Shown: positions 8,613 through 18,636 of the stretch, one piece after another | Numbering within the stretch: position 1 is the first letter of the stretch | How the letters are laid out: every line of letters starts with the position of its first letter | Origin: a virus | Strand: one strand, 5' to 3' | IMG/VR virus record: IMGVR_UViG_2531839420_000002 | Location: 67,685-112,764 of that record | DNA length: 45,080 nucleotides | Notes under the pieces: generated by a model | What the model saw: only the letters and a program-made list of their open reading frames with translations | What the model was told of the DNA's origin: nothing | Database searches by the model: none | Translations under genes and position numbers: made by a program

Positions 8613-11600
8613 ATGCCGCTGCTCATTGGTGCCAGGTCGCATTTTTCGATCGGCGAGAGCACCCTTCAGGTAAAGGACGTTGTGAAGCACGCCAAGGCGC
8701 TGGGGTATTCTGGCGTGGCTCTGGCGGACACGATGACGGTCTCGGGGCTCGTGGAGCTGACCAGCAAGTGCAAGGAGGAAGGGCTCAAGCCAATTATCGG
8801 CGCCCGCCTGCGGATCGTTGACGACCCGACCTATAAGAAGCCCGCCCGGTCGTCTGGCGAGAAGGCAAAGGACAATCGGGAGTGGTATCCTAAGCTGTTC
8901 GCGCGCACCGAGGAGGGCCTGCGCCGGATCATGCGGCTGTTGACCCTGGCCAACTCCGAAGATCGCTTCTATCAGGTCGCTCGGCTCGGGTTCGACGACT
9001 TGATGCGGGAATTGATCGGGGGCGGGGATCATCTGATTTTCACGTCTGGGGACGCTTGGGGCGCGTTCCATCACCCCGGGGCGCGGGATATGCTGCGGGA
9101 AGTTTCGGGGCGTCTGGGGGCTTCCCAGACGTTTCTCGAATTGGCCCCAGTCGCAACTCCGCTGTTCGACACCCTTAATCATCACGCCCTGGTCGCGTCG
9201 GCCGAGTTGAACCTGCCGACGCTCGTATCCTACCCAGCCTTCTATCAGGGTGGCGGGGCGGACACTCTCGATGTGCTGAGCGCCATCAGCCGCAATGTGA
9301 AGATCGCCGACCGCTGGGCGTTCAGGCCCGCGTCGCGCGATCATCACGCGCGCAAGCTCGCGGATCTGATCGGATTGATCAAGGGGGCAAAGGATCGCAT
9401 CGAGGCGCGCTATCCCGGTCTCGATCAGGCCGGCTGGAAGGAGGGCCTTGTCAATCAGGACAGCTTCGCGGAGCTGGTCGGCTACACTTGGGAGAAGATG
9501 CCTGTCAGCTTGCCCAAGATCGCCGACGATGAGTTCGCCAAGTTGGTTGAGGAGTGCAAGGAGGGCTGGAAGCGGCGCTTCTCGCGTCCGGCCTTCGGGC
9601 ATCGTCCGAACGCCGACGAGTTGGCTGAGACCTACCATCCCAGGCTGAAATACGAGCTAGGCGTCTTGCGCGACATGGGGTTCGCTGGCTACTTCCTGGT
9701 GGTGCAGGATCTTGTCATGTGGTCGAAGCGCAACGGGATCGCTGTAGGCCCCGGCCGTGGGTCAGTCGGCGGGTCGCTTGTCGCCTACCTGCTGGGGATC
9801 ACCGATGTCGATCCGATCAGGTTCGGCCTGCTGTTCGAGCGCTTCATCAACCCCGAGCGTTTGGACCTCCCCGACGCCGATCTCGACTTCATGTCCACTC
9901 GTCGGCATGAGGTGGTCGCCTACCTGGTTGAGCGCTATGGCGAAGACAAGGTGGCGGGGATCAGCAACTACGCCGTTTTGCAGGCTGCGTCCGCAATCCG
10001 CGATGTAGGCCGTGTGACGGGGCTGACCGACGACGACATGCGAGCGACCAAGCTCATGCCGAAGGAGCACGGGCAGCCGGTGCCGCTGGAGAGGGCCGTC
10101 ACAATGGTTCCCGAGATTGAGTCGTTCGTGACGAAGCACCCGGCGATCTACGGGCACGCCATCAAGCTCGAGGGCGTCATGCGGACACTGGGGCGCCATG
10201 CCGCCGGCATCGTCATCGCTGGCGAACCGCTGGTTAATCGGGCCGTCGTCGAGCGCCGGAAGGACGGGGCGACGGTGAATTGGGACAAGCGGGTGTGCGA
10301 GGATTTCGGCCTGGTCAAGATGGACATCCTCGGGCTCTCGACCTTGGACGTGCTGGAGCTGGCGCGCGAGCAGATTTTCAGGCTGCGCGGGAAGAAGATC
10401 GACTTTTTCGACCTCCAGCTTGACGATCCAAAGGTGCTGGAGAACTTCGCCCGCGGTAACACGGTCGGCGTGTTCCAGTTCGAGTCGGGCGGCATGAGGA
10501 AGCTGCTGAAGGATCTTGGGGCGAGTGGGACGATCACCTTTGAGGAGATCACCGCGGCGACTGCGCTCTATCGTCCCGGGCCGATGGATGCGGGCCTGAA
10601 GGATCAGTTCGTTGAGATCAAGCAGGGCATTCGCTCCGAGAGCTACGACCACCCCAAACTGATGCCGGCTTTGCGTGAGACGTTCGGCGTCATCGTCTAT
10701 CAGGAGCAGGTCATGCAGGCCGCGGTGGACCTGGCTGGGTTCACAAAGGCCGACGCCGATCACCTGCGCAAGGCGATGGGCAAAAAGGACAAGGAGAAGA
10801 TGGCCAAGCAGCGCGACAAATGGGTGCGCGGCTGCGTGGACAACTCGGGCATGTCCGAGGAGGAGGCTGGGCGCCTGTTTGATCAGATCGAGGTGTTCGC
10901 CGGTTACGCCTTCAACAAGTCGCACTCGGTCGAATACACGCTGATTTCCTATATCAGCATGTGGCTGAAGACCTACTATCCGGCCGAGTTCTATGCGGCG
11001 GCGCTGACCGTTCAGAGCCAGAGCACCTCACAGGATCGCGAGAACAAGCTGGCCAGCTTGCTCAAGGACGCTGGCAAGAACGGGATCGAGGTCATTGCCC
11101 CGGACATCAACGTGTCGAGCGACCGCTTTGAGATCCTTAACGACGCCATTCTCTGCATTCCCTTCAATGCCCTGAAGGGAATATCGGACAACACTGCGGG
11201 GGCGATCTTGAAGGCGCGCGAAAGTGGCCCGTTCAAGGACGTGGACGACTTTCTTGCTCGGGTCGAAAAGCGCAAGTGCAACATCCGGCACCAGGACATT
11301 TTGCGCCGGGTGGGAGCGTTTGCCCGCATTGAGCCCGGGTCGTTGCCGGCTAATCATCCCGATCGGCTGAAGGATCAAATGGAGCTGATGCCCGGCCTTG
11401 TCTCGCGCAACATCAAGGCGGATCGCGACATCGACATGGGTGCCGCGACGGTTGAGGCGATCAAGGAGTTGGTGCGCGAGTATCGGGCCGTCGATGACGG
11501 CATTCATCCGAAACCGTTCCTGGGCAAGCGGTCGAAATTCATGGTGATCGCCGACGCGCCGAATTGGGCCGAGGAGAAGCACGATCAGATCACCGCAGGC

Positions 11601-11984
11601 GATGGCTTCGCTTATGTCGAGGAAGCCATGACGGCGGCCGGTCTCGTTAAGTCCGACGGGTATTGGACGACGCTGGTGAAGGCTCCCAAGCGGGAGAAAC
11701 AGCTCACCAACGACGAGATCAACACCTACGTTCCGTTTCTCCATCGCGAGATCGAGATCCTCAAGCCGCCGGTTATCGTGTGTCTGGGCTCGGCGGTGGC
11801 AAAGCATTTCCTGGGGGCGCTCAAGGGCGGCATTATGGATCACGCTGGCAAGGTGATCTTCGATCCCACCCTTGACGCCTCGATCGTCGTCGGGATCAAC
11901 CCAGGGATGATTAAGTTCGACCCGGCCAAGCAGACGGTGCTGAACGACGTGTTCAAATCGGTCGCTGATATGGTGAGCGATTAG
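8613..11984 (+). CDS. dnaE: DNA polymerase III alpha subunit with C-terminal UDG-like domain
   Basis: PHP domain, GPGRGS, FERFINPER, PDADLDF, GVFQFES and YAFNKSH motifs. Confidence 0.95.
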   Translation: MPLLIGARSHFSIGESTLQVKDVVKHAKALGYSGVALADTMTVSGLVELTSKCKEEGLKPIIGARLRIVDDPTYKKPARSSGEKAKDNREWYPKLFARTEEGLRRIMRLLTLANSEDRFYQVARLGFDDLMRELIGGGDHLIFTSGDAWGAFHHPGARDMLREVSGRLGASQTFLELAPVATPLFDTLNHHALVASAELNLPTLVSYPAFYQGGGADTLDVLSAISRNVKIADRWAFRPASRDHHARKLADLIGLIKGAKDRIEARYPGLDQAGWKEGLVNQDSFAELVGYTWEKMPVSLPKIADDEFAKLVEECKEGWKRRFSRPAFGHRPNADELAETYHPRLKYELGVLRDMGFAGYFLVVQDLVMWSKRNGIAVGPGRGSVGGSLVAYLLGITDVDPIRFGLLFERFINPERLDLPDADLDFMSTRRHEVVAYLVERYGEDKVAGISNYAVLQAASAIRDVGRVTGLTDDDMRATKLMPKEHGQPVPLERAVTMVPEIESFVTKHPAIYGHAIKLEGVMRTLGRHAAGIVIAGEPLVNRAVVERRKDGATVNWDKRVCEDFGLVKMDILGLSTLDVLELAREQIFRLRGKKIDFFDLQLDDPKVLENFARGNTVGVFQFESGGMRKLLKDLGASGTITFEEITAATALYRPGPMDAGLKDQFVEIKQGIRSESYDHPKLMPALRETFGVIVYQEQVMQAAVDLAGFTKADADHLRKAMGKKDKEKMAKQRDKWVRGCVDNSGMSEEEAGRLFDQIEVFAGYAFNKSHSVEYTLISYISMWLKTYYPAEFYAAALTVQSQSTSQDRENKLASLLKDAGKNGIEVIAPDINVSSDRFEILNDAILCIPFNALKGISDNTAGAILKARESGPFKDVDDFLARVEKRKCNIRHQDILRRVGAFARIEPGSLPANHPDRLKDQMELMPGLVSRNIKADRDIDMGAATVEAIKELVREYRAVDDGIHPKPFLGKRSKFMVIADAPNWAEEKHDQITAGDGFAYVEEAMTAAGLVKSDGYWTTLVKAPKREKQLTNDEINTYVPFLHREIEILKPPVIVCLGSAVAKHFLGALKGGIMDHAGKVIFDPTLDASIVVGINPGMIKFDPAKQTVLNDVFKSVADMVSD

Positions 11985-12021
11985 CCTGGCTTGACGGGTG
12001 AGTCCGAGCCTGCCATCATCC

Positions 12022-12063
12022 CGAATTAGCGAATTAGCGAATTAGCGAATTAGCGTATTCGCG
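12022..12063 (+). repeat. Tandem octamer (CGAATTAG)x4 plus a degenerate copy
   Basis: Read directly; intergenic. Confidence 0.9.
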
Positions 12064-12072
12064 GGACGGAGG

Positions 12073-12270
12073 ATGATGGTGGAACTGGTCGATGAGAACG
12101 TCCAGGCGGTTTTGCTCGATACCGCCATGTGGCGGACAGTGCTTGAGGGTCTTGAAACGGCCGCAACGCTGTTCGCCGAGCATAATGTGGTAGCGGATGT
12201 CGGCCTGGCACAGTCGCTCGCCGACGCTCGGGCCGAAATTCGCGGACAGCTTTGTCTGTCTATAACATGA
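12073..12270 (+). CDS. Hypothetical protein
   Basis: GGAGG RBS; 65 aa ORF. Confidence 0.55.
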   Translation: MMVELVDENVQAVLLDTAMWRTVLEGLETAATLFAEHNVVADVGLAQSLADARAEIRGQLCLSIT

Positions 12271-12283
12271 GGACAAGACTGCA

Positions 12284-12469
12284 ATGAAACATGACGACAT
12301 GGTCGGAGAAACCTATCGTTCCAATGGGCGAACCCATCGCGTCATTGGCGTGAATGAAGACTGCCCGGATTTCGTTCTGGTCGAGGACTGCGAGACGGGG
12401 GAGATTGGCGCGCAGAATGCGGACGCCGTGCGCGTCCTTCTGCGTCAGGCGCTTGTCGCCGTCGAATAG
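12284..12469 (+). CDS. Hypothetical protein
   Basis: GAGG RBS; followed by a terminator. Confidence 0.6.
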   Translation: MKHDDMVGETYRSNGRTHRVIGVNEDCPDFVLVEDCETGEIGAQNADAVRVLLRQALVAVE

Positions 12470-12470
12470 C

Positions 12471-12496
12471 AAGGGGCGTTCGCGCCCCTTCATTTT
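12471..12496 (+). terminator. Intrinsic terminator (UUCG loop)
   Basis: AAGGGGCG-TTCG-CGCCCCTT-CATTTT. Confidence 0.75.
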
Positions 12497-12508
12497 GCCG
12501 CGCAAGGT

Positions 12509-12552
12509 AAATCAGTTCTGACTTGATATTTAATCCCAAGCAACGCTATATT
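12509..12552 (+). promoter_or_regulatory. Operator overlapping promoter
   Basis: AAATCAGTTCTGACTT; TTGATA-N18-TATATT. Confidence 0.6.
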
Positions 12553-12597
12553 CCCCCGTGAGCGCGACACAGCGCCCCAATGAACGGAGATAGACCC

Positions 12598-13134
12598 GTG
12601 AGCGACGAAACCACTGCCCCCAGCGAGCCCAAAAAGCCCCTGCTGGACGCCGAGCAGCTCCAGAAGGATCTGGCCTTCTCGGATCATGACATTTCCGCCG
12701 CGATGATGCGGCAGGCCAGCCTGTTTGCGCACTATGCGGTGATCGCCGCTCAGGCGCAGAAGCGCTACGACACCGCCAAGCTGGCTGCCGACATCGTGGA
12801 GTCCCGCGTGGACAAGCGTCTGCGCGACGAATACGCCCAGGCCGGCGCCAAGATCACCGAGGCCGCCCTCGGCAAGGAGATTTTGCGCGATCGCGAATAC
12901 GTCGAGGCCCAGAAGAAGGTCAACGACGCCCGTATGATCGCCGACCTGGCCAAGAATGCTCTGGAAGCCTTCAAGCAGCGCAAGGATATGCTGGTGCAGA
13001 TTGGCGTGGCGCTGCGCGAGGAAGCCAAGGGCGAATTGTTCCTCAAGGGTCCTGCGGCCCGCGAGGAGGCCCAGCGCGATGTGACGCGCGACCGGGCCGC
13101 CCGCCTCGTGTCGGAGAACCGCGAAGCCGCGTAA
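12598..13134 (+). CDS. Helical protein, possibly a UvsY-like recombination mediator
   Basis: GTG start after AACGGAGATAGACCC; coiled-coil character; lies before the SSB-like gene. Function is an inference. Confidence 0.55.
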   Translation: MSDETTAPSEPKKPLLDAEQLQKDLAFSDHDISAAMMRQASLFAHYAVIAAQAQKRYDTAKLAADIVESRVDKRLRDEYAQAGAKITEAALGKEILRDREYVEAQKKVNDARMIADLAKNALEAFKQRKDMLVQIGVALREEAKGELFLKGPAAREEAQRDVTRDRAARLVSENREAA

Positions 13135-13257
13135 TTTCTCCTACGATGGCAAGTCAGCGTTGAATGTATAATTCACGTTGAAGCGCTGATGGGGCAATAC
13201 CCGAGAGGGCAACCCCATCGGCAAGAACCAAAGCAGAAAGCTCGAAAGGCAAAAAGC

Positions 13258-14163
13258 ATGTCGAAGAACCTGATGGACATTATCAAGCAGAAGAAGCAGG
13301 GCATTGCCGCTGCGTCGGGGCGTCGTGAAAAGACGGTGAAACCGCCGCCGGGCAAGAGCCGCTGGCGCATTCTGCCGACCTGGAAGAAGGACGGCGATCC
13401 GACGTTTTTCCATGAGTTCGGGCAGCACTTCATCAAGGATCAGACCGGCGAACTGAAGGCAGTCTATGTCTGCACCGACAAGACGTTCGGCAAGCCCTGC
13501 GAGCTGTGCGATGCCGTCGCCAGCGCGATTTCGTCGGCGACCGACGACGATTTGATCAAGGCCCTGACCGAGGCGAAGTCGAAGACTCGCTATCTGCTCA
13601 ACGCCATCCAGCCCGATGGCGAGAACGCCGGCGAAGTGGTGATCCTCGATCTCTCTCCCACCACGTTCGAGAAGATCCTCGACGTGATGGAAGAGCACGG
13701 TGCCGAGATGATCGACCCCGACGCCGGGATCGACATCATCATCGAGCGCAAGGGCAAGGGACTGAACACCGAATATTCGGTGGTGCCGGCGGCGAAGTCC
13801 AAGCCGGTGAACAAGACCCTGTTGGCTCAGCTTAACGATCTGGATGCCTACGTGAACCAGGAATACGAGGCTGGTCTCAATAAGGCGTTCCAGGCCCTCT
13901 CCGCGGTTTCCGGTCGCGCGGCGCTCCCGTCTGGTGCTCGGGCCGCCCTGACCGGGCCGAAGGATAAGCCGGCCACCCCTGCGCCGAAGGAGGACCCGAA
14001 CGTCATCGACGGCTCCTTTACCGTCGAGGATGAAGTGCCCTTCGAGGTCGCGCCGAAGGCGTCGGTCGAAACTGTCGTCGCGGCGAAGGCGACCGCTGGT
14101 GACAGCTTCAACGAGGATCTCGGTGACGACGACATCGAGAGCCTTCTGGCGGACCTGGACTAA
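13258..14163 (+). CDS. gp32-like single-stranded DNA-binding protein
   Basis: WRILP, H..C..(PCELC) metal motif, GIDIIIERKGKGLNTEY and acidic tail DDDIESLLADLD. Confidence 0.75.
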   Translation: MSKNLMDIIKQKKQGIAAASGRREKTVKPPPGKSRWRILPTWKKDGDPTFFHEFGQHFIKDQTGELKAVYVCTDKTFGKPCELCDAVASAISSATDDDLIKALTEAKSKTRYLLNAIQPDGENAGEVVILDLSPTTFEKILDVMEEHGAEMIDPDAGIDIIIERKGKGLNTEYSVVPAAKSKPVNKTLLAQLNDLDAYVNQEYEAGLNKAFQALSAVSGRAALPSGARAALTGPKDKPATPAPKEDPNVIDGSFTVEDEVPFEVAPKASVETVVAAKATAGDSFNEDLGDDDIESLLADLD

Positions 14164-14182
14164 CACCAGACCACGCCTCAGC

Positions 14183-14206
14183 GGAGGGGCTTCGGCCCCT
14201 CCCTTT
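14183..14206 (+). terminator. Hairpin/terminator (UUCG loop)
   Basis: GGAGGGGC-TTCG-GCCCCTCC-CTTT. Confidence 0.65.
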
Positions 14207-14227
14207 ACTTCCATCACGGAGCCTCAG

Positions 14228-15169
14228 ATGCCCGGCATCATGCTGATCGACGGCAATTCTCTCGGTTTCGCTGCGCAGTCAACCTCCAAGTTGACGGCCG
14301 GCGAAATGGAGGTGCAGGCGATCTTCCATTTCCTAAAGAGCCTGCGGATCACACTGCTGGGCTACTCGGGGTTCAAGCCGATCGTCCTGTGGGATGGGCG
14401 GTCTTGGCGCTACGACCACTTCGCCGGCTACAAGGCGAAGCGGAAGGAAGACCCCAAGGCCATTGCTGAGAAGGAGCGCTACAAGGCTCAGAAGCCTTGG
14501 ATTGCTCGGGCGACCCGGACCCTTGGCGTCAACCAGATGATGGCCATCAACTGGGAGGCCGATGATCTGGCTGGTCTGCTGACCAGCAAGGCTCGGTCCC
14601 GCGGCGATAGCGTCGTTTTGATTTCGGGCGACAAGGATTGGCTCCAGCTCGTCGAGCCGGGCGTTCTGTGGTTCGATCCGATCCGCGAGGTGAAGATCAC
14701 CTATCGGGATTTCCAGACCCAGACCGGCTACGTCAATGGCCGCGCGTTCCTTCAGGGCAAGGCTCTGAAGGGCGACTCCTCCGACTGCATTCCCGGCGTC
14801 GGCGGTATCGGGGACAAGGCGGCGCCGATCCTTCTGGAGAAGTTCGGTTCCGTCGAGAAGTTTTGGGCCGCGGCCGAGACGCCCGGCTTCGAGCTTCCCG
14901 AGGAACTGGCTCGCTATCGGAAGAAGCTGACCGAGTTTTGCGCCCCCGAAGGGCGGGATCGGTTCGCCTTCAACATGATGCTGATGGATTTGAAGACCGC
15001 CGAGCGGCCGAAGCCTGAGCGCCTCACGCTCGACAAGGGCGCGTTCGACCGGGCGGCGTTCCGCTCGATTTGTGAAGACCTGTCATTTCACTCCTTGCTG
15101 CGCGACTTAGACAACTTCTGCGCAGCCTTCAACAACAACCAGAGAGACAAAGACAATGAAGCTGCTTAA
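14228..15169 (+). CDS. 5'-3' exonuclease / flap endonuclease (PolI N-terminal/T5 D15-like)
   Basis: LIDGNS, YKAKR, EADDL, SGDKDW and GDSSDCIPGVGGIGDK motifs. Confidence 0.92.
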   Translation: MPGIMLIDGNSLGFAAQSTSKLTAGEMEVQAIFHFLKSLRITLLGYSGFKPIVLWDGRSWRYDHFAGYKAKRKEDPKAIAEKERYKAQKPWIARATRTLGVNQMMAINWEADDLAGLLTSKARSRGDSVVLISGDKDWLQLVEPGVLWFDPIREVKITYRDFQTQTGYVNGRAFLQGKALKGDSSDCIPGVGGIGDKAAPILLEKFGSVEKFWAAAETPGFELPEELARYRKKLTEFCAPEGRDRFAFNMMLMDLKTAERPKPERLTLDKGAFDRAAFRSICEDLSFHSLLRDLDNFCAAFNNNQRDKDNEAA

Positions 15170-15566
15170 CCAGAACGAATTCGACACCCTGTTGGCTCGT
15201 CGCGTGAACCTGGTGGCGAAGACTCTTCAGGATATCGCCAATACCACCGACAACAATCCGACCCTGATGGATCAGGCGCGTTTCGACAAGATGCAGGAAT
15301 TCATCGGCGCCCATCTCCAGAGCGCCATCGACGTGATCACCGCCGCGATGAACCGTCCGCAGCCCGTCGCTCTCGGCGCTTTCACCCTGGGCGAGCCGAA
15401 GGTGCGCAAGACCCGTCAGAAGCGCGCCGAGAAGGTCGAGCCGGCGGCGGGCGCCGAGGGGCAGTCCGGCGCCGTCGTGACCGAAACCAGCGCTCCCGTC
15501 TCCGCTCCCGTCGCCGACGACGAGCTGGGCGATCTGGAAGCGCTGCTCGCGGACGAAGCCGCGTAA
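15156..15566 (+). CDS. Hypothetical protein with acidic C-terminal tail
   Basis: 136 aa ORF in operon; ends DDELGDLEALLADEAA. Confidence 0.75.
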   Translation: MKLLNQNEFDTLLARRVNLVAKTLQDIANTTDNNPTLMDQARFDKMQEFIGAHLQSAIDVITAAMNRPQPVALGAFTLGEPKVRKTRQKRAEKVEPAAGAEGQSGAVVTETSAPVSAPVADDELGDLEALLADEAA

Positions 15567-15609
15567 TCACCTCCTCCCAACACCATAAATCCGCACGAAA
15601 GGTAAAGTC

Positions 15610-15795
15610 ATGACTGAATTGAGCTTCACCGTTGGTCAGAAGGTTTCCTTTGATGTTCGCAATCCCCGCAACGGCGCCATCACCACTCTCGAAGGCATGG
15701 TGAGCGACGCCACCCTCGTTCGCGGTCGCATCGAGGTCAAGAACGCTTGCGGTCAGGTGTTCAAGCCCTTTGCCAAGCATGCCCGCGCGATCTGA
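15610..15795 (+). CDS. Hypothetical protein
   Basis: 61 aa ORF with AAGG RBS; followed by a hairpin at 15801-15824. Confidence 0.6.
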   Translation: MTELSFTVGQKVSFDVRNPRNGAITTLEGMVSDATLVRGRIEVKNACGQVFKPFAKHARAI

Positions 15796-15843
15796 CCACC
15801 GGGAGGGGCCTTGCGGCCCCTCCCCTTCTCGAAAGGATAGACC

Positions 15844-16899
15844 ATGAGCAAGTCCCCTGCCGACGTGCTGGCCGAAGCCCTCCTGAAGACGGTCGGCGGC
15901 AACGACGAGGTGCAGGAGGTGCGCGGCTGGATCGACACCGGCTATCCGCCCCTCAATTACGCGATCAGCGGTTCCTACAACGGTGGGATGCCGATGGGGC
16001 GCATCATCGAAATGTTTGGTCCGCCCAGCTCGGGCAAGACCGCCATCGCGACCAACGTGATGAAGAACGCCCAGAAGGCCGGCGGCTTCGCCATGTTCTT
16101 TGATCACGAGCGCTCGTTCGACAAGCGCCTGGCTGAAAAAATGGGCCTTGATACCAGCCCGGGCAGGTTCCTGTTCAAGACGCCTCGGACCTACGAGGAG
16201 TCCACCACGATTGCCATCAAGGCGGCGAAGACCATTCGCGATGCCAAAGCTCTCCCCGAGGACGCGCCCATCGTGGTGGTGTTTGACTCGCTGGCGTCGA
16301 TGATCCCGCAGTCCAAGGCGGACAAGGACGCCACCGACTTCAACATGAACGACAACACCGCCCTGGCCCGCGCCACCAGCGCAAACTTCAACGCCCTGGC
16401 GCTGCACGCCGAGGAGATGAACATCCTTATCATCTTCCTGAACCAGGCGCGCACCAAGATCGGCGTGATGTTCGGCGATCCGACCACCACGCCGGGCGGG
16501 AACGCTCCCGAGTTCTACGCCTCGGTTCGCATCAAGCTGGGTCGCTCGATGCTGACCGCCGGCACCGGCGAGGACAAGACCAAGATCGGGCAGCGGATCG
16601 GCGCTGAGTGCGTCAAGAACAAGGTCAATCGTCCCTTCCTGAAGGCGTCCTGGGATTTCCTGTTTCAGCCCGATGGCACCGGCAAATTCGATGTGGTCGG
16701 TTCCCTCGTGGACTACCTGGTGGCGGTCGGCGCCCTGGAGAAGGGCAAGGCTCACATCACCTGGACCGACGGCAAGAGCTACTTCCGCAAGGCCCTGGTG
16801 GAAAAGCTGGAAGCGGACCCCACCGGCGTCGAGCAGCTCAAGGCCCTGCTGCCCGCCGTAGGTCGCGACCTCGATGAGGCGCTTCTGGAGGCTGCGTGA
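15844..16899 (+). CDS. recA: RecA-family recombinase
   Basis: GRIIEMFGPPSSGKT, VVFDSLA, FLNQ, TTPGGNA and KNKV motifs. Confidence 0.95.
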   Translation: MSKSPADVLAEALLKTVGGNDEVQEVRGWIDTGYPPLNYAISGSYNGGMPMGRIIEMFGPPSSGKTAIATNVMKNAQKAGGFAMFFDHERSFDKRLAEKMGLDTSPGRFLFKTPRTYEESTTIAIKAAKTIRDAKALPEDAPIVVVFDSLASMIPQSKADKDATDFNMNDNTALARATSANFNALALHAEEMNILIIFLNQARTKIGVMFGDPTTTPGGNAPEFYASVRIKLGRSMLTAGTGEDKTKIGQRIGAECVKNKVNRPFLKASWDFLFQPDGTGKFDVVGSLVDYLVAVGALEKGKAHITWTDGKSYFRKALVEKLEADPTGVEQLKALLPAVGRDLDEALLEAA

Positions 16900-16901
16900 T
16901 C

Positions 16902-16930
16902 AAGTGGGGCGCCTTCGGGCGCCCCACTTT
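16902..16930 (+). terminator. Intrinsic terminator (UUCG loop)
   Basis: AAGTGGGGCGCC-TTCG-GGCGCCCCACTT-T. Confidence 0.7.
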
Positions 16931-16944
16931 CGACGGAGGATCGG

Positions 16945-17310
16945 ATGTTCAAGCTCAAGCACAGAGGGACCGGGCAGTTCGTGGCGTCCGCGAGCGAGCG
17001 CGAGGTTCATTTTGACAACACCGGCAAGGTGTTCAAGACCCGCAATCTGGCCCGTCAGTTTCTCGGGCACTATGGCATCGAGGACGTGGAGATCGTCTCG
17101 GCGTCGGGCGCTCAAATCTATCGGCACGTCGCCACTGGCAAGCTCTATGAGCTGGTCGGGATCGGCATTCATACCGAGACGGAGGAGGAGATGGTGGCTT
17201 ATCGCCCCCTCTATCCCTGCGAACACGAGATGTTCTTCCGTCCGAAGACGATGTTCTTCGGCGAAGCGGCCTCGGGAAGACCCCGTTTCGAGAAGGTGGA
17301 GGGACCCTGA
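16945..17310 (+). CDS. Protein with C-terminal DUF1653-like domain
   Basis: YRH..GKLYELVGIGIHTETEEEMVAYRPLY..FRPKTMF. Confidence 0.7.
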   Translation: MFKLKHRGTGQFVASASEREVHFDNTGKVFKTRNLARQFLGHYGIEDVEIVSASGAQIYRHVATGKLYELVGIGIHTETEEEMVAYRPLYPCEHEMFFRPKTMFFGEAASGRPRFEKVEGP

Positions 17311-17717
17311 TGCCTCACGTTTATCTGTCCAACGAAGAAATTGACGCCATCTTGCGGGTTTCGCCTGGGCTTGACTTGAGCAAGAGCGTTGCCGACGACT
17401 TGGTGCGGCGTCTTTTCAAGGCCCTTGCCGAGCCTAGCGAGCGCGAACTGGCCATCGTTTCCATCGCTCGCGAGCAGCATCATGTCGATGGCGAGGTCGA
17501 GATCGACGATCCCGCCGATGGCATCGCCACAATCAGCGAAGGAGACGGCAACGGTGCCTATGTTCTCGCCTGGGTGTGGGCCGATTTCTCGGGCACCGAG
17601 TTGAATAAGGAAGGGGATGACAGGTGCAGCGAGTGTGGCGCTTCGCTTGAAGACGGCGAAGGATATGACGGCAAGTGCGGAAATTGCGCCGATCGCGAGG
17701 AGAACGAAGACGAGTAG
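17310..17717 (+). CDS. Hypothetical protein with C-terminal Cys4 motif
   Basis: CSEC...CGNC; coupled to the upstream gene. Confidence 0.7.
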   Translation: MPHVYLSNEEIDAILRVSPGLDLSKSVADDLVRRLFKALAEPSERELAIVSIAREQHHVDGEVEIDDPADGIATISEGDGNGAYVLAWVWADFSGTELNKEGDDRCSECGASLEDGEGYDGKCGNCADREENEDE

Positions 17718-17784
17718 CGCTCTTCACCTTCGCTAATTCGCTAACCCGCGCTATGTTTGAAGCAAACAAGCCGGGGAACGGAAG

Positions 17785-18246
17785 ATGAAGGCATTGAGCG
17801 TTTGGCAGCCCTGGGCGCTGCTGCTGGTGACGGGACACAAGAGGATCGAAACCCGCCCCTGGCCAGCGCCCAACGGTCTGATCGGTCAGGAAGTTGCAAT
17901 TGCGTCGTGCAAGAACCTTCGCACCGAACAAAGAGTTGCCTACGCCGCCCCAGACTTCCAGGTGCATTACGCAGCCACCGGGCTCCCGCCCCTCGCAGAG
18001 CTACCTCGCGGCGCGGTCATCGGCAAGACGAAACTGTTGGATTGCAAGCTGATGACAGATGAGCTGATCGCTCGCATCCCTGACCGGGAGCGCGCTTTCG
18101 GCATTTACGCCCCGGGCCGCTTTGCCTGGTTCATGGGCGAGCCCATTAGGTTCAACAACCCCGTGCCGGCAAGCGGCCGGCTCGGACTGTGGGATTGGGA
18201 TCATGAGCAAGTCCGCGCCTTTGAAGGCAAATCCGTTCAAATATAA
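17785..18246 (+). CDS. ASCH-domain protein
   Basis: ALSVWQPWA..GHKRIETR, LPRGAVIG, GRLGLW. Confidence 0.88.
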   Translation: MKALSVWQPWALLLVTGHKRIETRPWPAPNGLIGQEVAIASCKNLRTEQRVAYAAPDFQVHYAATGLPPLAELPRGAVIGKTKLLDCKLMTDELIARIPDRERAFGIYAPGRFAWFMGEPIRFNNPVPASGRLGLWDWDHEQVRAFEGKSVQI

Positions 18247-18631
18247 GATCCAGCATGTCAAGAAGGGGCGTCGGCTCTACGGGGGCATTGTGACCTTCGA
18301 TGACGGCCGGAAATGCTACATCGCCTATCGGAAGCAGGAGGAAATCTTCCGTCACGGTTGCTCTTCGATTTCGGAGGCGATCCGTGACGGCAAGGCGGCC
18401 TGGGCTTTCGACATCGACACGATCCTCGAGATGCGCGCCAAGGGCATCAAGGCGATGGGCGTCATCGTTCGCGAGACTGGTGACATCTGGATGACCAAGA
18501 TTGAATGGCTGACCGACAGCACCAAGGCGAAGGTGCTGAACTACAGCGCTCGTGGCGGCGCGCTTCAGCGCTATCTGCCATTGCGCTTCTTCTGGCGCAA
18601 GCGGGGAAAGCTGATCCTCAAGCCGGCCTGA
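18203..18631 (+). CDS. Hypothetical basic protein
   Basis: ATG 18203 (MSKSAPL); codon usage matches neighbours. Confidence 0.65.
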   Translation: MSKSAPLKANPFKYKIQHVKKGRRLYGGIVTFDDGRKCYIAYRKQEEIFRHGCSSISEAIRDGKAAWAFDIDTILEMRAKGIKAMGVIVRETGDIWMTKIEWLTDSTKAKVLNYSARGGALQRYLPLRFFWRKRGKLILKPA

Positions 18632-18636
18632 ATAAT

